IMG/VR virus record: IMGVR_UViG_3300045988_036390
DNA: 41,191 bases
Strand: one strand, 5' to 3'
DNA from: a virus
Shown here: piece after piece, positions 15,499 through 24,980 of the stretch
Layout of the letters: each line of letters starts with the position of its first letter
How positions within the stretch are numbered: the first letter of the stretch is position 1
Notes under the pieces: model-generated
The model's database searches: none
Told to the model about the DNA's origin: nothing
The model's input: only the letters and a program-made list of their open reading frames with translations
Made by a program: the position numbers and the translations under genes

Positions 15499-15864
15499 TC
15501 ACCTTTCTATAAGCGGAAATGCGTCAAAAGTCCACCATTCGTGGCCGTCCATGCTCATCACAAGCGTGGCCACGTTGTTATTTGAATACATCTGTACGGT
15601 CTCTATTGCGCCCGTATAAGGGTTTGAATATGTGACCGTCACATATTCCGGCAGCATAGCCGCGCAAGCTGTATGAGCGTCGTCGTCCCAAAGATCACGC
15701 AATTGGACATCCAAGCGGTACTTTGTTGCGACTCTATCACGGTGCATATAAGCGTCAAGCGTTCTCCCCGCATTGGGGCCATCACTGTCCGCGCGCGTCA
15801 CCTTGAATCCCTCGGCAGCTACCCACTTAGAGAAGTCGACGCCGTCTATTTCAAAAACAAACAT
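15499..15864 (-). CDS. Small tail component (distal-tail position)
   Basis: 121 aa, immediately after the tape measure gene. Confidence 0.45.
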   Translation of the reverse strand: MFVFEIDGVDFSKWVAAEGFKVTRADSDGPNAGRTLDAYMHRDRVATKYRLDVQLRDLWDDDAHTACAAMLPEYVTVTYSNPYTGAIETVQMYSNNNVATLVMSMDGHEWWTFDAFPLIER

Positions 15865-15865
15865 A

Positions 15866-18406
15866 TTAGTCCACCTCTATAAGCGATTTGCCGTGCATTC
15901 TGGTTTCGCGTTTCGTGTAGCTGTGCAGCTGCTTCGATACGCGAACGCCGTCAAGCTCTACCACTGGATAGACCTCTATCGGGCTGTTGCCGCTATCCTT
16001 GCCGAATCTGTCAAGGAAGTTGCTTAACTTCTCTGCAAGCTCTGGGCTTATGCCGCCATAGCTGCCGCTGACCGCGTTCGGGGGTACTACCGTGCCCATA
16101 GCGACGGCGGGAAGCGGGGGCATTTGGATATTAGCAATACGCGACGCAAGCGATGACGGCATATCGTTGAAGCTCTGGAGCATACCCGCAGAAATGTTTT
16201 TCATTCGCTGCATGAGGCCGCCCTCAGAATCTCCTATGCCCTCTTCAATGCCCGCGCCTATATTTTCGCCTATCTGGTCGCGGAACGCTTTAGACGGCGA
16301 GTGTATGCCAAGCACAGACTTTGCCGTGCTTAACAGGCTCTGTGCAAGGCTTGATACGGTGCTTTTCAGCCATTCCCAACCGGCATTAAGGCCATCGCGT
16401 ATGCCGTTTACAATGCTGCTGCCGATTGACGCCCAATCCAGAGACTTTGCGTTGTCCATAAGTTCTTGAAGCTTACTAATGGTCTTGTCTTTGATCTCCG
16501 TGATTTTATCAATCACCGGCGCGATCTTCTCGGTAATGCCTAAGCCTAAGCCGTCCATGAGATAGCCGCCCATTTCCTGCATGACCTTTGACGGGGAACC
16601 GATTTCAAAAGCGGCTTTGAAACCGTCAATAAACGGCTGGAATATGTTCTCTTTTATCCATTCGCCTATACCGGCTATGGCGTCGATTATGCCGTTGAGC
16701 AAGCCAAGAACGATATCTTTTCCGCCGTCTGCGGCGTGTTCGTTGAAGAAGTTAACAATACTTTCGTATACGCTTCCAATAAAGCTGCCGAGAAGCGCAG
16801 AAACCGCAACAAATGCCGCACCAAGCAAATTAAGCGCCGCTGTTGCCACTCCTGCCCAATCTATGCTGTTGACGATGTTAACAAACTGGTTCCATATCTC
16901 GGCACCGACAAGCGCCCAATCGACTTGACTTATAGCATCAGCTATACCGTTTAGAAAGCCTATCGCGAATTGGGAAAAGCCCTGTGCAAGCGCGCCCCAA
17001 TCAAAATTGAGGAAAAAGCCGACGGCACCCAAGAGCAGAATGCGGAATTTCGCCGTAAACAATACGCCGAGATTCGCCCAATCGACATTCGAAATTACAT
17101 TACTTAGTAAAACAGCGATTCCACCCGCAAGCGCCGCCCAGTCGAACGTTGTAAGCGCCGTTGCAAGGAACGTAAGCGCACCATTGAGATAATAGCCGAT
17201 CTTTGAGCCAATGCCCGCCCAGTCGACGGACGCGACCATTTCATTAAGCTTATCCGTGAGTATAGTTGCGGCTTCCGCCCATTCACCGGCTTTCAGCGCG
17301 GCGGCGATTCTTGCCGGGAGACTATCCGCGTCGACTTCAACATCTTCAAACATGTTGTCGGCTCCGCCGCCGCCACCGCCTCCACCACCGGTGTCGTTGT
17401 CTTGCAAGACGTTCAGTTCGTCAATGCCCATCAGCTGCTTTTTTGCTTCTTTGGCATTATCCGCCGCGCCGCCAAGCCCGGATGACAGTTTGTCCGTGTT
17501 TGTTATGGCACGTTTGAAAGTGCCTCTGCCGGATATCGCGGCCATAAACGCCGCCACAGCAGCGGCAGCTGCGTTAAGCCAACTGATGAGCGTTTGCAAC
17601 ATGGGAGCAACAGCATTGAGGATTGGCGCGAATGCTGCGCCCCACGACGCTTGCAGACCGGATAACGCGGCCTTAAGCCCGTTTATGCTTGTGCTTGTCT
17701 CTGTGTCGTACTGTGCAAAATTCTGTATTCCCTCTGTTATGTATTTCCTAAGCTTATTAAACAGCGCATAAAGTGAACGTATTCCCACACCGAACGCGAG
17801 GACACGCTTCAAACTGCTTCCGAAGCTATCCCCAATGTTCTTTACTGCACCGTCGATATCTCCGCCTTTTGAAAACAGCGACTTAGCACGACCTTTCAAG
17901 CCCGAAACTGCCTCAGAAATCTTTTCTTTGAAGTTAGAGCGTTTCCCCGCTGCTGACAATTCCTGCGCCAGTTCCTGTGCTTTGGCGCTCTGCCGTTCCA
18001 ACTCTGCCGTCTGCTGCTCGAGTGTTGTTTGCAGCTTACTGTCTTGCGCTTGAAGCTTTTGCACGGCCTTTTCTTTTGCTTGTAAAATTTGCTCTTGCTG
18101 CGCAAGCTCCGCCTTTATTTGTGCCTGTTTTTGCAGTTCGGAGTTGAAAGTGTCCGGGTCGGTAACTCCGCTGGGGCTTGTCTTATATTCGCTCTCGGCA
18201 AGAGCGGATTTAAGTTCTTCTATCCGTGCCCGTGTTTCGTCCGCCTCCGTCTGCGCTTCTTTAAGCTGATTTACAATGGGTGTTCGTGCCGCCTCGGTCT
18301 TTGCCATGCTGTCTTTCAGCTTTCCGATTTTGCTTACAAGCTTATCAAGGTCTTTTGAGGCTTGGCTGTCATCGAGTTCGACCGGGAATCTCAATTCAGT
18401 TGCCAT
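15866..18406 (-). CDS. Tape measure protein
   Basis: 846 aa. N-terminal coiled coil, a central hydrophobic region with repeated DWA/DWG motifs, and an internal GGGGGGGG stretch. Located after the chaperone genes. Confidence 0.9.
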   Translation of the reverse strand: MATELRFPVELDDSQASKDLDKLVSKIGKLKDSMAKTEAARTPIVNQLKEAQTEADETRARIEELKSALAESEYKTSPSGVTDPDTFNSELQKQAQIKAELAQQEQILQAKEKAVQKLQAQDSKLQTTLEQQTAELERQSAKAQELAQELSAAGKRSNFKEKISEAVSGLKGRAKSLFSKGGDIDGAVKNIGDSFGSSLKRVLAFGVGIRSLYALFNKLRKYITEGIQNFAQYDTETSTSINGLKAALSGLQASWGAAFAPILNAVAPMLQTLISWLNAAAAAVAAFMAAISGRGTFKRAITNTDKLSSGLGGAADNAKEAKKQLMGIDELNVLQDNDTGGGGGGGGGADNMFEDVEVDADSLPARIAAALKAGEWAEAATILTDKLNEMVASVDWAGIGSKIGYYLNGALTFLATALTTFDWAALAGGIAVLLSNVISNVDWANLGVLFTAKFRILLLGAVGFFLNFDWGALAQGFSQFAIGFLNGIADAISQVDWALVGAEIWNQFVNIVNSIDWAGVATAALNLLGAAFVAVSALLGSFIGSVYESIVNFFNEHAADGGKDIVLGLLNGIIDAIAGIGEWIKENIFQPFIDGFKAAFEIGSPSKVMQEMGGYLMDGLGLGITEKIAPVIDKITEIKDKTISKLQELMDNAKSLDWASIGSSIVNGIRDGLNAGWEWLKSTVSSLAQSLLSTAKSVLGIHSPSKAFRDQIGENIGAGIEEGIGDSEGGLMQRMKNISAGMLQSFNDMPSSLASRIANIQMPPLPAVAMGTVVPPNAVSGSYGGISPELAEKLSNFLDRFGKDSGNSPIEVYPVVELDGVRVSKQLHSYTKRETRMHGKSLIEVD

Positions 18407-18946
18407 TTATCCGCCTCCTGTCCATTTCTTTAAGATTTCTTCATCTTCCGCCGTGTACTTTTGCGGAAGATTTATAATCTCTCTATTCTGCCTTAACCAC
18501 TCGCGTTCATACTTTTCAAGTTTCTTGCCCTTTGAGAGCTTTGAACGGATATTGACGATCTGCGACATAACGCACTCGCTCATTTCCATATATGCGCTCA
18601 GAAACGACCACCAGTGAAGATACTCCACCGTGCGAGCTTCATAACCAAGCACACGGTTTATAGGCGCGATGATATACGGGAAATCTTTTTCCCAATCCAT
18701 CAAACGCGGGCTTTTTTTCCCCGGTGCTTGACCGGCATTGATGAACCAGAAGCATTGTTTTAATGCTTCTTCTACGTTGTCCGGTATGTCATCATAAAGC
18801 ATAATAATTGCGTCCTCGGCGCGCTCTGCGGCGGTCAAAGACGCGTCATTAAGCATAGTGATGATATCGAGCACAACGCGGAAATCGCTTCGTATGGCGT
18901 ATTCTGTGCCGTCAACAGTGAGTGTTGTGGGCAATGTGTAAAACAT
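18407..18946 (-). CDS. Gp15-family tail protein (T-like chaperone position)
   Basis: MFYTLPTTLTVDGTEYAIRSDFRVVLDIITMLND matches the Phage_Gp15 N-terminal pattern. The ATG overlaps the upstream stop (TAATG). Confidence 0.65.
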   Translation of the reverse strand: MFYTLPTTLTVDGTEYAIRSDFRVVLDIITMLNDASLTAAERAEDAIIMLYDDIPDNVEEALKQCFWFINAGQAPGKKSPRLMDWEKDFPYIIAPINRVLGYEARTVEYLHWWSFLSAYMEMSECVMSQIVNIRSKLSKGKKLEKYEREWLRQNREIINLPQKYTAEDEEILKKWTGGG

Positions 18947-19371
18947 TACTTTTTCTTCATATACTTGGCCGTGTATTTATCAATACGCGGCAGGGTTTTC
19001 TTCTGCTGTTCATCCATTCGGGCGTAAATCTCATCGAACAGCGCAAACATAAGATTGCACCATACCGGTGTTCCCTCGGCATACGACATGACATTCATGC
19101 TACCGTATAGCGGGGTACATACGTCCATGCCAAAAAGGCCGTCGATTTTCTCTCGAATTTCACCGTCAGCCTTGCGGAACGTATCGAACATTTCGCCGAT
19201 GTCCGTCAGTTCGCTTATTGTTTCCCCGCATTTTTCTTGAATCTCACCCATCTGCTGAATAGCTGCCGCCGACTTTGCGGCAAATCCAAAGTCGGACAGA
19301 TTCAGCCACACGGTGACTTTGCCGTTTATATCAATCTCTTCGAGATTTGTGTCAAATTTAAGCTCTGCCAT
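18946..19371 (-). CDS. Tail assembly chaperone (G-like)
   Basis: 141-aa acidic protein between the major tail protein and the Gp15/TMP genes. Confidence 0.55.
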   Translation of the reverse strand: MAELKFDTNLEEIDINGKVTVWLNLSDFGFAAKSAAAIQQMGEIQEKCGETISELTDIGEMFDTFRKADGEIREKIDGLFGMDVCTPLYGSMNVMSYAEGTPVWCNLMFALFDEIYARMDEQQKKTLPRIDKYTAKYMKKK

Positions 19372-19421
19372 GTTAACCTCCTTAATTAGTTAAGGGCGCG
19401 TATAAAACGCGCCCCTGTTGA

Positions 19422-19934
19422 TTATGCTGCCGCCGGTGTAAACTCGATTGCGCCGTTACTGCCCTTGGTGGCGCTGCCGATAGTGCGTTTGCCGCCGAAA
19501 GTGACAGTTATAGGCATACCGGCACTGCCGCCGCCCTCGCCGCCGAGACCTGTTACCTCGATCATGCTGGATTCGTAGCGCTCGGCAAACCCGGCGTAGC
19601 CGTGAACGATCAGCATATCCTGTGCCGCAAGCGCCATAGCGTCTTGTTTGACAACTGCGAGTTTCCAGATGTGCTGCTGTGCGGCGTCGCCGCTGTCCAT
19701 TTCGCACGGCTCGAAGCTCTGCGTGATAACAGGCTTTTTCATAGTGCCGTAGGTATCGCCGAGTATGTCTTTCTTGCTCTCGGTAGACCAGTCGTATTCC
19801 TCGGAGCTGTCCTCGACGCGCTTACCGAGCGGAGACCATACCGGACTTTCATTAGTGCCGGTATTAAGGTAAGCAATGAGCAGTTCACGGGCTACGGCCT
19901 GTCCCGCCGTGGTAGTCCATGTATATTCAGTCAT
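19422..19934 (-). CDS. Major tail protein
   Basis: 170 aa, located after the head-tail joining genes. A hairpin lies in the gap after its stop. Confidence 0.65.
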   Translation of the reverse strand: MTEYTWTTTAGQAVARELLIAYLNTGTNESPVWSPLGKRVEDSSEEYDWSTESKKDILGDTYGTMKKPVITQSFEPCEMDSGDAAQQHIWKLAVVKQDAMALAAQDMLIVHGYAGFAERYESSMIEVTGLGGEGGGSAGMPITVTFGGKRTIGSATKGSNGAIEFTPAAA

Positions 19935-19936
19935 TC

Positions 19937-20389
19937 TTAAATCACCTCGTAAAGTAAAGTTAAAAGGATCTGATGATCCTCAACATCGCCCTCATATCGG
20001 GCGAAAAGTGCCGCCGCCGTATCGCGCTTGACCTTCTTAACGGTAATGCCGTCGGCTATGGTCAGACTGCCGCTGTTCTGCTCTGCCCATTCGCCGTATT
20101 TATCCAGCACCTCGTCAGCGGTTATGCGCTCGTCGGCGTCTGTTGCCGTCGTGCGGTAAATGATTTTGAACTGGTACTGTGCCTGATATGTCCCGTCTAT
20201 AAACTGTTTGGTCTTGTACGCCGCCTGTATGGTGGATATACAAAGACCGCTGCTCTTGCCTAACCATTCAAAGTCAAGCTTGGACAGCGGTTTATTTGGG
20301 TACGTATTCAGCCATTTCCGCACAGCGCGGCTCACATCTGCGTTTTCCGACGCAGATACTAACGTTTTCGGTTTTTCTTCTTTATTCAA
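19937..20389 (-). CDS. Head-tail joining / tail completion protein
   Basis: 150 aa. Assigned from position in an Sfi11/A118-like gene order. Confidence 0.45.
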   Translation of the reverse strand: MNKEEKPKTLVSASENADVSRAVRKWLNTYPNKPLSKLDFEWLGKSSGLCISTIQAAYKTKQFIDGTYQAQYQFKIIYRTTATDADERITADEVLDKYGEWAEQNSGSLTIADGITVKKVKRDTAAALFARYEGDVEDHQILLTLLYEVI

Positions 20390-20810
20390 GCCACAACTTC
20401 ACCGCTCTTTCTCCGACAAGCGCCCACTTCTCAGCGTTTTCTTCATAAGACGCTTCCATCCAGTGTGCTTGTGCCTTTGGATGCATATCCGTTGTAAACA
20501 CAAGGTCTTTATCAATCGCGTGGAGCTTTGCGCCCTTGCGATGTCTCCAGCCCACGTCCTTAATATACACTGCGTGACGCCCCATTTCGTCTACCATGAC
20601 CTTACCGGCATATAAATACGCGGCCTGATCGCCGGTATAAACGATCTCATTACCGTCGACACGGGCGAGATTGGAGAATGCCCCGGTAAGCGCCGGGACA
20701 TAAGGCGTCGTGTCTTTGAGCGCCTGTGTAGCAACGACGGCTTCGGCAGCGGTGCAAGCTGCTTTGAACTCGCGCCCTTTGATAACCTTGATCTTGAGCG
20801 TGATTTTCAT
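20382..20810 (-). CDS. Head-tail joining protein (Minor_capsid_2/HK97 gp10-like)
   Basis: TTPYVPALTGAF...YAGKV...HPKAQAHWME matches the family pattern. Confidence 0.5.
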   Translation of the reverse strand: MKITLKIKVIKGREFKAACTAAEAVVATQALKDTTPYVPALTGAFSNLARVDGNEIVYTGDQAAYLYAGKVMVDEMGRHAVYIKDVGWRHRKGAKLHAIDKDLVFTTDMHPKAQAHWMEASYEENAEKWALVGERAVKLWLE

Positions 20811-21253
20811 TTGCCACCCACCTGCCAGTGAGCCATATCCCCGCCGAAGTCCCGGATATCGACCGTGGACACATCATAGACATATTCATGCGCCTGCCGC
20901 AGCTCCTTTAGGCTCATTTGCTCCGAGATTTCGCCCTTGGCAAAATACGTCGATGTGGAGCTGCTTTCTCCGCCACTGTCAAGCGTCCAGAACTCGCCGG
21001 GATTGTCAGCCGCATAGAACGCTTTCGGTTCCTTATAGCGCTTCACATCGCCCGTGGTGCTTTCTGCCGTGACGGTGAACGGAATATAGAGCGTCGCCGC
21101 GTCCGCGTCTGACAAGCCCGTTTTCGCGATGTTAGCGCCCTTTGAGATATCGAGCAGCACACCGCGCAGTATCGTGATGTTATAGTGCTTGTCGAGGTCG
21201 TCATCTTCCCATACGTTAAAAACAGTCACAACATGAGGGAACACAGCAACCAC
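20807..21253 (-). CDS. Head-tail joining protein (minor capsid family)
   Basis: 148 aa. The assignment rests on position only. Confidence 0.45.
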   Translation of the reverse strand: MVAVFPHVVTVFNVWEDDDLDKHYNITILRGVLLDISKGANIAKTGLSDADAATLYIPFTVTAESTTGDVKRYKEPKAFYAADNPGEFWTLDSGGESSSTSTYFAKGEISEQMSLKELRQAHEYVYDVSTVDIRDFGGDMAHWQVGGK

Positions 21254-21620
21254 CTCCCCGGTATAAAAGTCCGGTGTGTCCGAGATACTGCATTACGATA
21301 CCGGCAAGCGTCTCACGCGCTGCCGCTGCCGTCTCCGTGCCGCTTTTATATGTCTTGCTCCAAGCGCCCACGGTCTGGCTCTGCAGCTCGCCGCCGCTCA
21401 TGCTCTGCGTCTGCGCGTTCTCGATGATCTGATACTGTTCAGCAAGCGCACAGCAGCACATTTTCAGCTCGTCGCCGGTGTACGTTTTAGCCTTGCCACG
21501 CGTGTAATAATCGAGAAAGGAGCTTGCCCGCGTTGCTGCACGGGCAAACTCCTCTTCGGTTAGTGCGCTGCCGATATAGGTGGTCGTGTAATATATGTAA
21601 TCAGCATACATCACGCTCAC
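21216..21620 (-). CDS. Head-tail connector (gp6/QLRG-like), with an unusual CCVPSCCDCF tail
   Basis: The N-terminus YADYIYYTTTYIGSALTEEEF and ...GLLYRG near the C-terminus fit the family. A 12-aa Cys-rich extension overlaps the next gene by 38 nt. Confidence 0.55.
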   Translation of the reverse strand: MSVMYADYIYYTTTYIGSALTEEEFARAATRASSFLDYYTRGKAKTYTGDELKMCCCALAEQYQIIENAQTQSMSGGELQSQTVGAWSKTYKSGTETAAAARETLAGIVMQYLGHTGLLYRGGGCCVPSCCDCF

Positions 21621-21629
21621 CCCCGGTTA

Positions 21630-22799
21630 TCAGGTCTGTGCCGTAACAGTTGTGTTACCGGCGTTCTGCGCCTTGCCGGTTGCATCAGCCTCAACGATGG
21701 TTATCTTGTGGCCGGTCGTTGCGGTGATGTCACTGTGACCGTCCCAGTCGTTCCACTTGCTGACATTCTGCCCATAAGTGACGGTGGGCGCAGTGCTTGC
21801 GGCGGTCTTGTACTTATAGACGTTGGTCGCTTTCTCCTTGGCCGGGGTTACGGTGATAGCAGTTGCGCCGCTTGCAGCGCCTGCCGCAGACTGCACAGTC
21901 AGTGCGCCAAGAGTAGGCGTAGTGTCGACGTCGACAACGGCGATACCGTCTATGTACTCGGCGAACAGAGTAACGCCCATGATCGCGTAGGCCTCAGACA
22001 CGGCAGTGCTGTAATTGCCCTGAGTGTGGAAGCCCAGCAGCGGAGTTTCGCCGTCGACGGTGTACTCAAGACCGGCACGGGCAAAGTCGCTGTCAGCGGG
22101 ATCGACGTAGTACATCACGATGTTTTCGACCGGAGTAGCAATAACGCGCCCGCGCGGAATTTCGCCGTCAGCAAGCAGGAACACGGTATCGTAGCCCATG
22201 AAGTTCTTGATGTAATTGAAACCGAACTCGCTCTGTACGGTTATCTGAGCATTGCCGAGGTAGTCATACAGGTCAAGGACGTTGACGAAACCGACGACCT
22301 TAGAGGCGGTGCGGTGCATCTGCTTGAACTTGTTGACAACGCGCCCCATTGCCATCGCAAGGGCTTTCTGCCAAGAGGTTTCCTCGGAAGCAAGCTCGCC
22401 GCCGTTGAGGTACTTGTAAAAGCGATCGGTAACGTTGGTCTGAAGCTGGAAAAGGAATTCGTCATCGGTCATCTGAACGGCCACATCGTAGCCGTAATCC
22501 TTGATGGATTCGATGGAAACAGCCTTTGCGAACTTCTCAATGGTGATGGTCGCATAGTCCTTGGTCTTGACCTCTGCCTTGCTGTAGGGGATTTCCTCGC
22601 CCTCGCCGATGTTTCCATTTTGCAGGGTAATAGTTGCATACTTGGACTTGAGCACAGTGCCGGGGGCTTTCTTGATGGGGCGCATGATGCCGAGGATTTC
22701 ACGCAGATGCTCCCAGTTGCGCCCGAAGCGGGTTACAAAGTCGATTTCTCTTGCCGATACGGAAATATCGGCTGCTTTGGTAAGATTTTCTTTAGCCAT
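21630..22799 (-). CDS. Major capsid protein with a C-terminal Ig-like extension
   Basis: 389 aa, located after the scaffold gene. The C-terminus LTVQSAAGAASGATAITVTPAKE...ITIVEADATGKAQNAGNTTVTAQT is Big_2-like. Confidence 0.8.
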   Translation of the reverse strand: MAKENLTKAADISVSAREIDFVTRFGRNWEHLREILGIMRPIKKAPGTVLKSKYATITLQNGNIGEGEEIPYSKAEVKTKDYATITIEKFAKAVSIESIKDYGYDVAVQMTDDEFLFQLQTNVTDRFYKYLNGGELASEETSWQKALAMAMGRVVNKFKQMHRTASKVVGFVNVLDLYDYLGNAQITVQSEFGFNYIKNFMGYDTVFLLADGEIPRGRVIATPVENIVMYYVDPADSDFARAGLEYTVDGETPLLGFHTQGNYSTAVSEAYAIMGVTLFAEYIDGIAVVDVDTTPTLGALTVQSAAGAASGATAITVTPAKEKATNVYKYKTAASTAPTVTYGQNVSKWNDWDGHSDITATTGHKITIVEADATGKAQNAGNTTVTAQT

Positions 22800-22802
22800 A
22801 AG

Positions 22803-23360
22803 TTATCCTTTCTGAAACAGTTCATAGTTTTCAGCGATTGCTTTCTGACGTGCCGCAGCGTCCTTAATTTCAAGAATCTGCTTGCGCGTCATTCCGCCGC
22901 CGCCGTTTTCCAGAGAAGCGCCGGTATCAACGCGAGCGCGGCGCGGCTTGTAATCCTTGAGGTATTCATCCGCTGCCGTTTCAAAAGTCACGTCGTCCGT
23001 CACTTTCTGCGCGATTTTGAAGACATAGTAATCAATGTCATCCGCCTTAACGCCTTTACCGGTCAGGTACTTTTCACGCTCATACTGCGTGTTCTTGGCC
23101 GTCAGCTCGTCAAGCGACTTTTTCAGCTTGCCGTTGTCGTCCGTAAGCGCCTTAATCTTGTCCGCTTCGGTCTCCTGTGCTTTCTGCCATTCGCGGTACT
23201 TGGTAAGCTCCTCCGGAGTGGGCATACCCTCGCGCTCGCGCTTGAGGCGTTTGTCAATGATCTTGTCAACTTCTGCCTGAGTAAACGTTCGCTCAGTCTG
23301 ATTAGTCTCGGTGCTGCCGCTATTTTCGGTTGCGTTTCCGTTTATGATCTCTTCTGCCAT
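22803..23360 (-). CDS. Capsid scaffolding protein (DUF4355-like)
   Basis: 185 aa, charged and coiled-coil. FTQAEVDKIIDKRLKRER is the typical motif. It lies directly upstream of the capsid gene. Confidence 0.75.
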   Translation of the reverse strand: MAEEIINGNATENSGSTETNQTERTFTQAEVDKIIDKRLKREREGMPTPEELTKYREWQKAQETEADKIKALTDDNGKLKKSLDELTAKNTQYEREKYLTGKGVKADDIDYYVFKIAQKVTDDVTFETAADEYLKDYKPRRARVDTGASLENGGGGMTRKQILEIKDAAARQKAIAENYELFQKG

Positions 23361-23418
23361 TGGTAATCCCTCCGTTTACCGTCCGTCGACGTATTCCGTT
23401 TCGTGCCCGTCGGCATAT

Positions 23419-23452
23419 CAAAAAGTGGCTATCGCATTTCTGCAATAACCAC
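23419..23452 (-). terminator. Rho-independent terminator downstream of the tRNA
   Basis: On the minus strand: AGTGGTTAT-loop-ATAGCCACT (9 bp with one G.U), followed by TTTTTG. Confidence 0.65.
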
Positions 23453-23570
23453 TGAATGAACATATTAAAATAACGTTTCGCCTAAATAGAACGGTGGCCC
23501 ATCGGGGAACCATTCCGCAACGCTTGAAACGTTGGCTTGCGCTTCGCTCGTCGGCGCAGCGTTTCCGTGT

Positions 23571-23644
23571 TGGCGGCGCAAGCGGGACTCGAACCCACGA
23601 TAACGGCGTCAAAGGCCGTTGTGTTACCATTACACCATTGCGCT
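23571..23644 (-). tRNA. tRNA-Gln (anticodon UUG), CCA encoded
   Basis: Folded by hand: AGCGCAA TG GTGT AATGGTA ACAC A ACGGC CTTTGAC GCCGT TATC GTGGG TTCGAGT CCCGC TTGCGCC G CCA. All stems pair except A1/C72. Confidence 0.85.
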
Positions 23645-23768
23645 ATATATTGCATGGCCGCTATTGAGCAGTAGCGACGCGGTATTTATATCCCCCACCG
23701 CTTGGGGCATAGAAAGGAGAAGAAAGGAAAAGGAGGTGTATTCGCTCTCTGTCATGCTTTTAGCTGCA

Positions 23769-24980
23769 TCATTTTAAGGCTTTCAGCAGTGCTTTAGATT
23801 CATCCGCGCCGAACTCCGGGATGTTGCCCCGCTCGAGCTGTTCCCGTAGCCCTGCCGCCTTGCTGAATGTGTGGTATTCGTCGTTTAGGCGCTTATAGCG
23901 TACCGCAAGGCTTGTGTATTCCTCGTCATCGCCGCGCGCCTTGGCCGCTATTGCCTCGCGCTTGACCTTGCGCAGCGCCGTTTCAATCTGCCGCTGTTTC
24001 TGCGTCGCTTCGTACATGGTGTATTTCCTGCCCTCGAACTCAAACGGCGGCGGATCAAGGTTTTCTAACTCTTCGTCGGTATATGTCCGCTCTGAAACAC
24101 CCTCAACCCATGCATGGTACAAATGACGACAGTTAACGCCGCATAGGCCGTCCACTTGGCCAAGCCCGCAGACTTCGTATATCGACGGGTATTTGTCTTT
24201 GGCGTATATCGAATATACGCGGCCTTGCCATTTCTTGTGGCTGCTCCACGGATTTGGATAATCCTTATCACGTGCGCCCCTGTGTGCTGTGACCTCTCTA
24301 TAAGGCGTATTAAGCAGTTCGGCGGTCTGCTCGCTGTACTGCTGTGACAGTTGCGTTACCCCTGTCATAACCGCCCGGCGCGCTGCGACGTCAACACGGT
24401 TATGCCACCCGGAAGCATATTCGATGTACTGCACCCCACTGTCTGTGAGCTGCTTTGTCGCCTCTCTGATAGCCACGTTATAGCTAATACCGCTCTGCAC
24501 TTTCATAAGCGCATCATCAAGAACGCGCTCATACATACCGTCGAGATCAAGCATCTGAACACGCCCGGTTACACGCACGGCAAAGCCCATTGTGCGCGTA
24601 ATGTTGCGCAGCTCGCCGCTTGTCTGCGCGGCTATGGCTGCTATCGTGCTGTCGAACGCTTCACGGTTAAAGCCGGTCTGATCCGTTACAACAGCATCAA
24701 AATAACGCTGATTCTCGCCCAGCGCGGTACTCCAAGCCTTGGAGAATTCCGCGTCGGTGAGTTTCAGCGTTTTCTTGATGTATTTATTGATGTTGTCGAG
24801 GTCATAACCGTTCTTCAACAGTTGCTTTATATGCCGGATCGTCGTTGCCGTCGCCGTCTCGTTATACTTGAACCGGCTGCATATATCGGCTATGAGGTAA
24901 TCGGCGAGCCGTTCATAAAGAACGACGATAGCCTCCGGAAGCTCCTGCATGAACTCCGGCGTAATAGGATACTTCGGCAT
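23769..24980 (-). CDS. Minor capsid / head morphogenesis protein (SPP1 gp7 / Phage_min_cap2-like)
   Basis: 403 aa, located after the portal gene. RRAVMTGVTQL...HRGARD...CGVNCRHLYH. Confidence 0.75.
   Translation of the reverse strand: MPKYPITPEFMQELPEAIVVLYERLADYLIADICSRFKYNETATATTIRHIKQLLKNGYDLDNINKYIKKTLKLTDAEFSKAWSTALGENQRYFDAVVTDQTGFNREAFDSTIAAIAAQTSGELRNITRTMGFAVRVTGRVQMLDLDGMYERVLDDALMKVQSGISYNVAIREATKQLTDSGVQYIEYASGWHNRVDVAARRAVMTGVTQLSQQYSEQTAELLNTPYREVTAHRGARDKDYPNPWSSHKKWQGRVYSIYAKDKYPSIYEVCGLGQVDGLCGVNCRHLYHAWVEGVSERTYTDEELENLDPPPFEFEGRKYTMYEATQKQRQIETALRKVKREAIAAKARGDDEEYTSLAVRYKRLNDEYHTFSKAAGLREQLERGNIPEFGADESKALLKALK

Noticed and set aside
21708-23366. Very long plus-strand ORF (552 aa) across the capsid and scaffold region
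   Set aside because: It is antisense to two well-supported minus-strand genes with recognisable capsid and scaffold features. Its product is low-complexity and Arg/Leu/Val-rich with no RBS. It is a shadow ORF of GC-rich coding sequence. The same reasoning applies to 9805..10695, 24351..25343, 17211..17771, 6475..6981 and similar plus-strand ORFs.
23418-23630. 70-aa minus-strand ORF
   Set aside because: It overlaps the tRNA-Gln gene and its terminator, and no RBS is visible.
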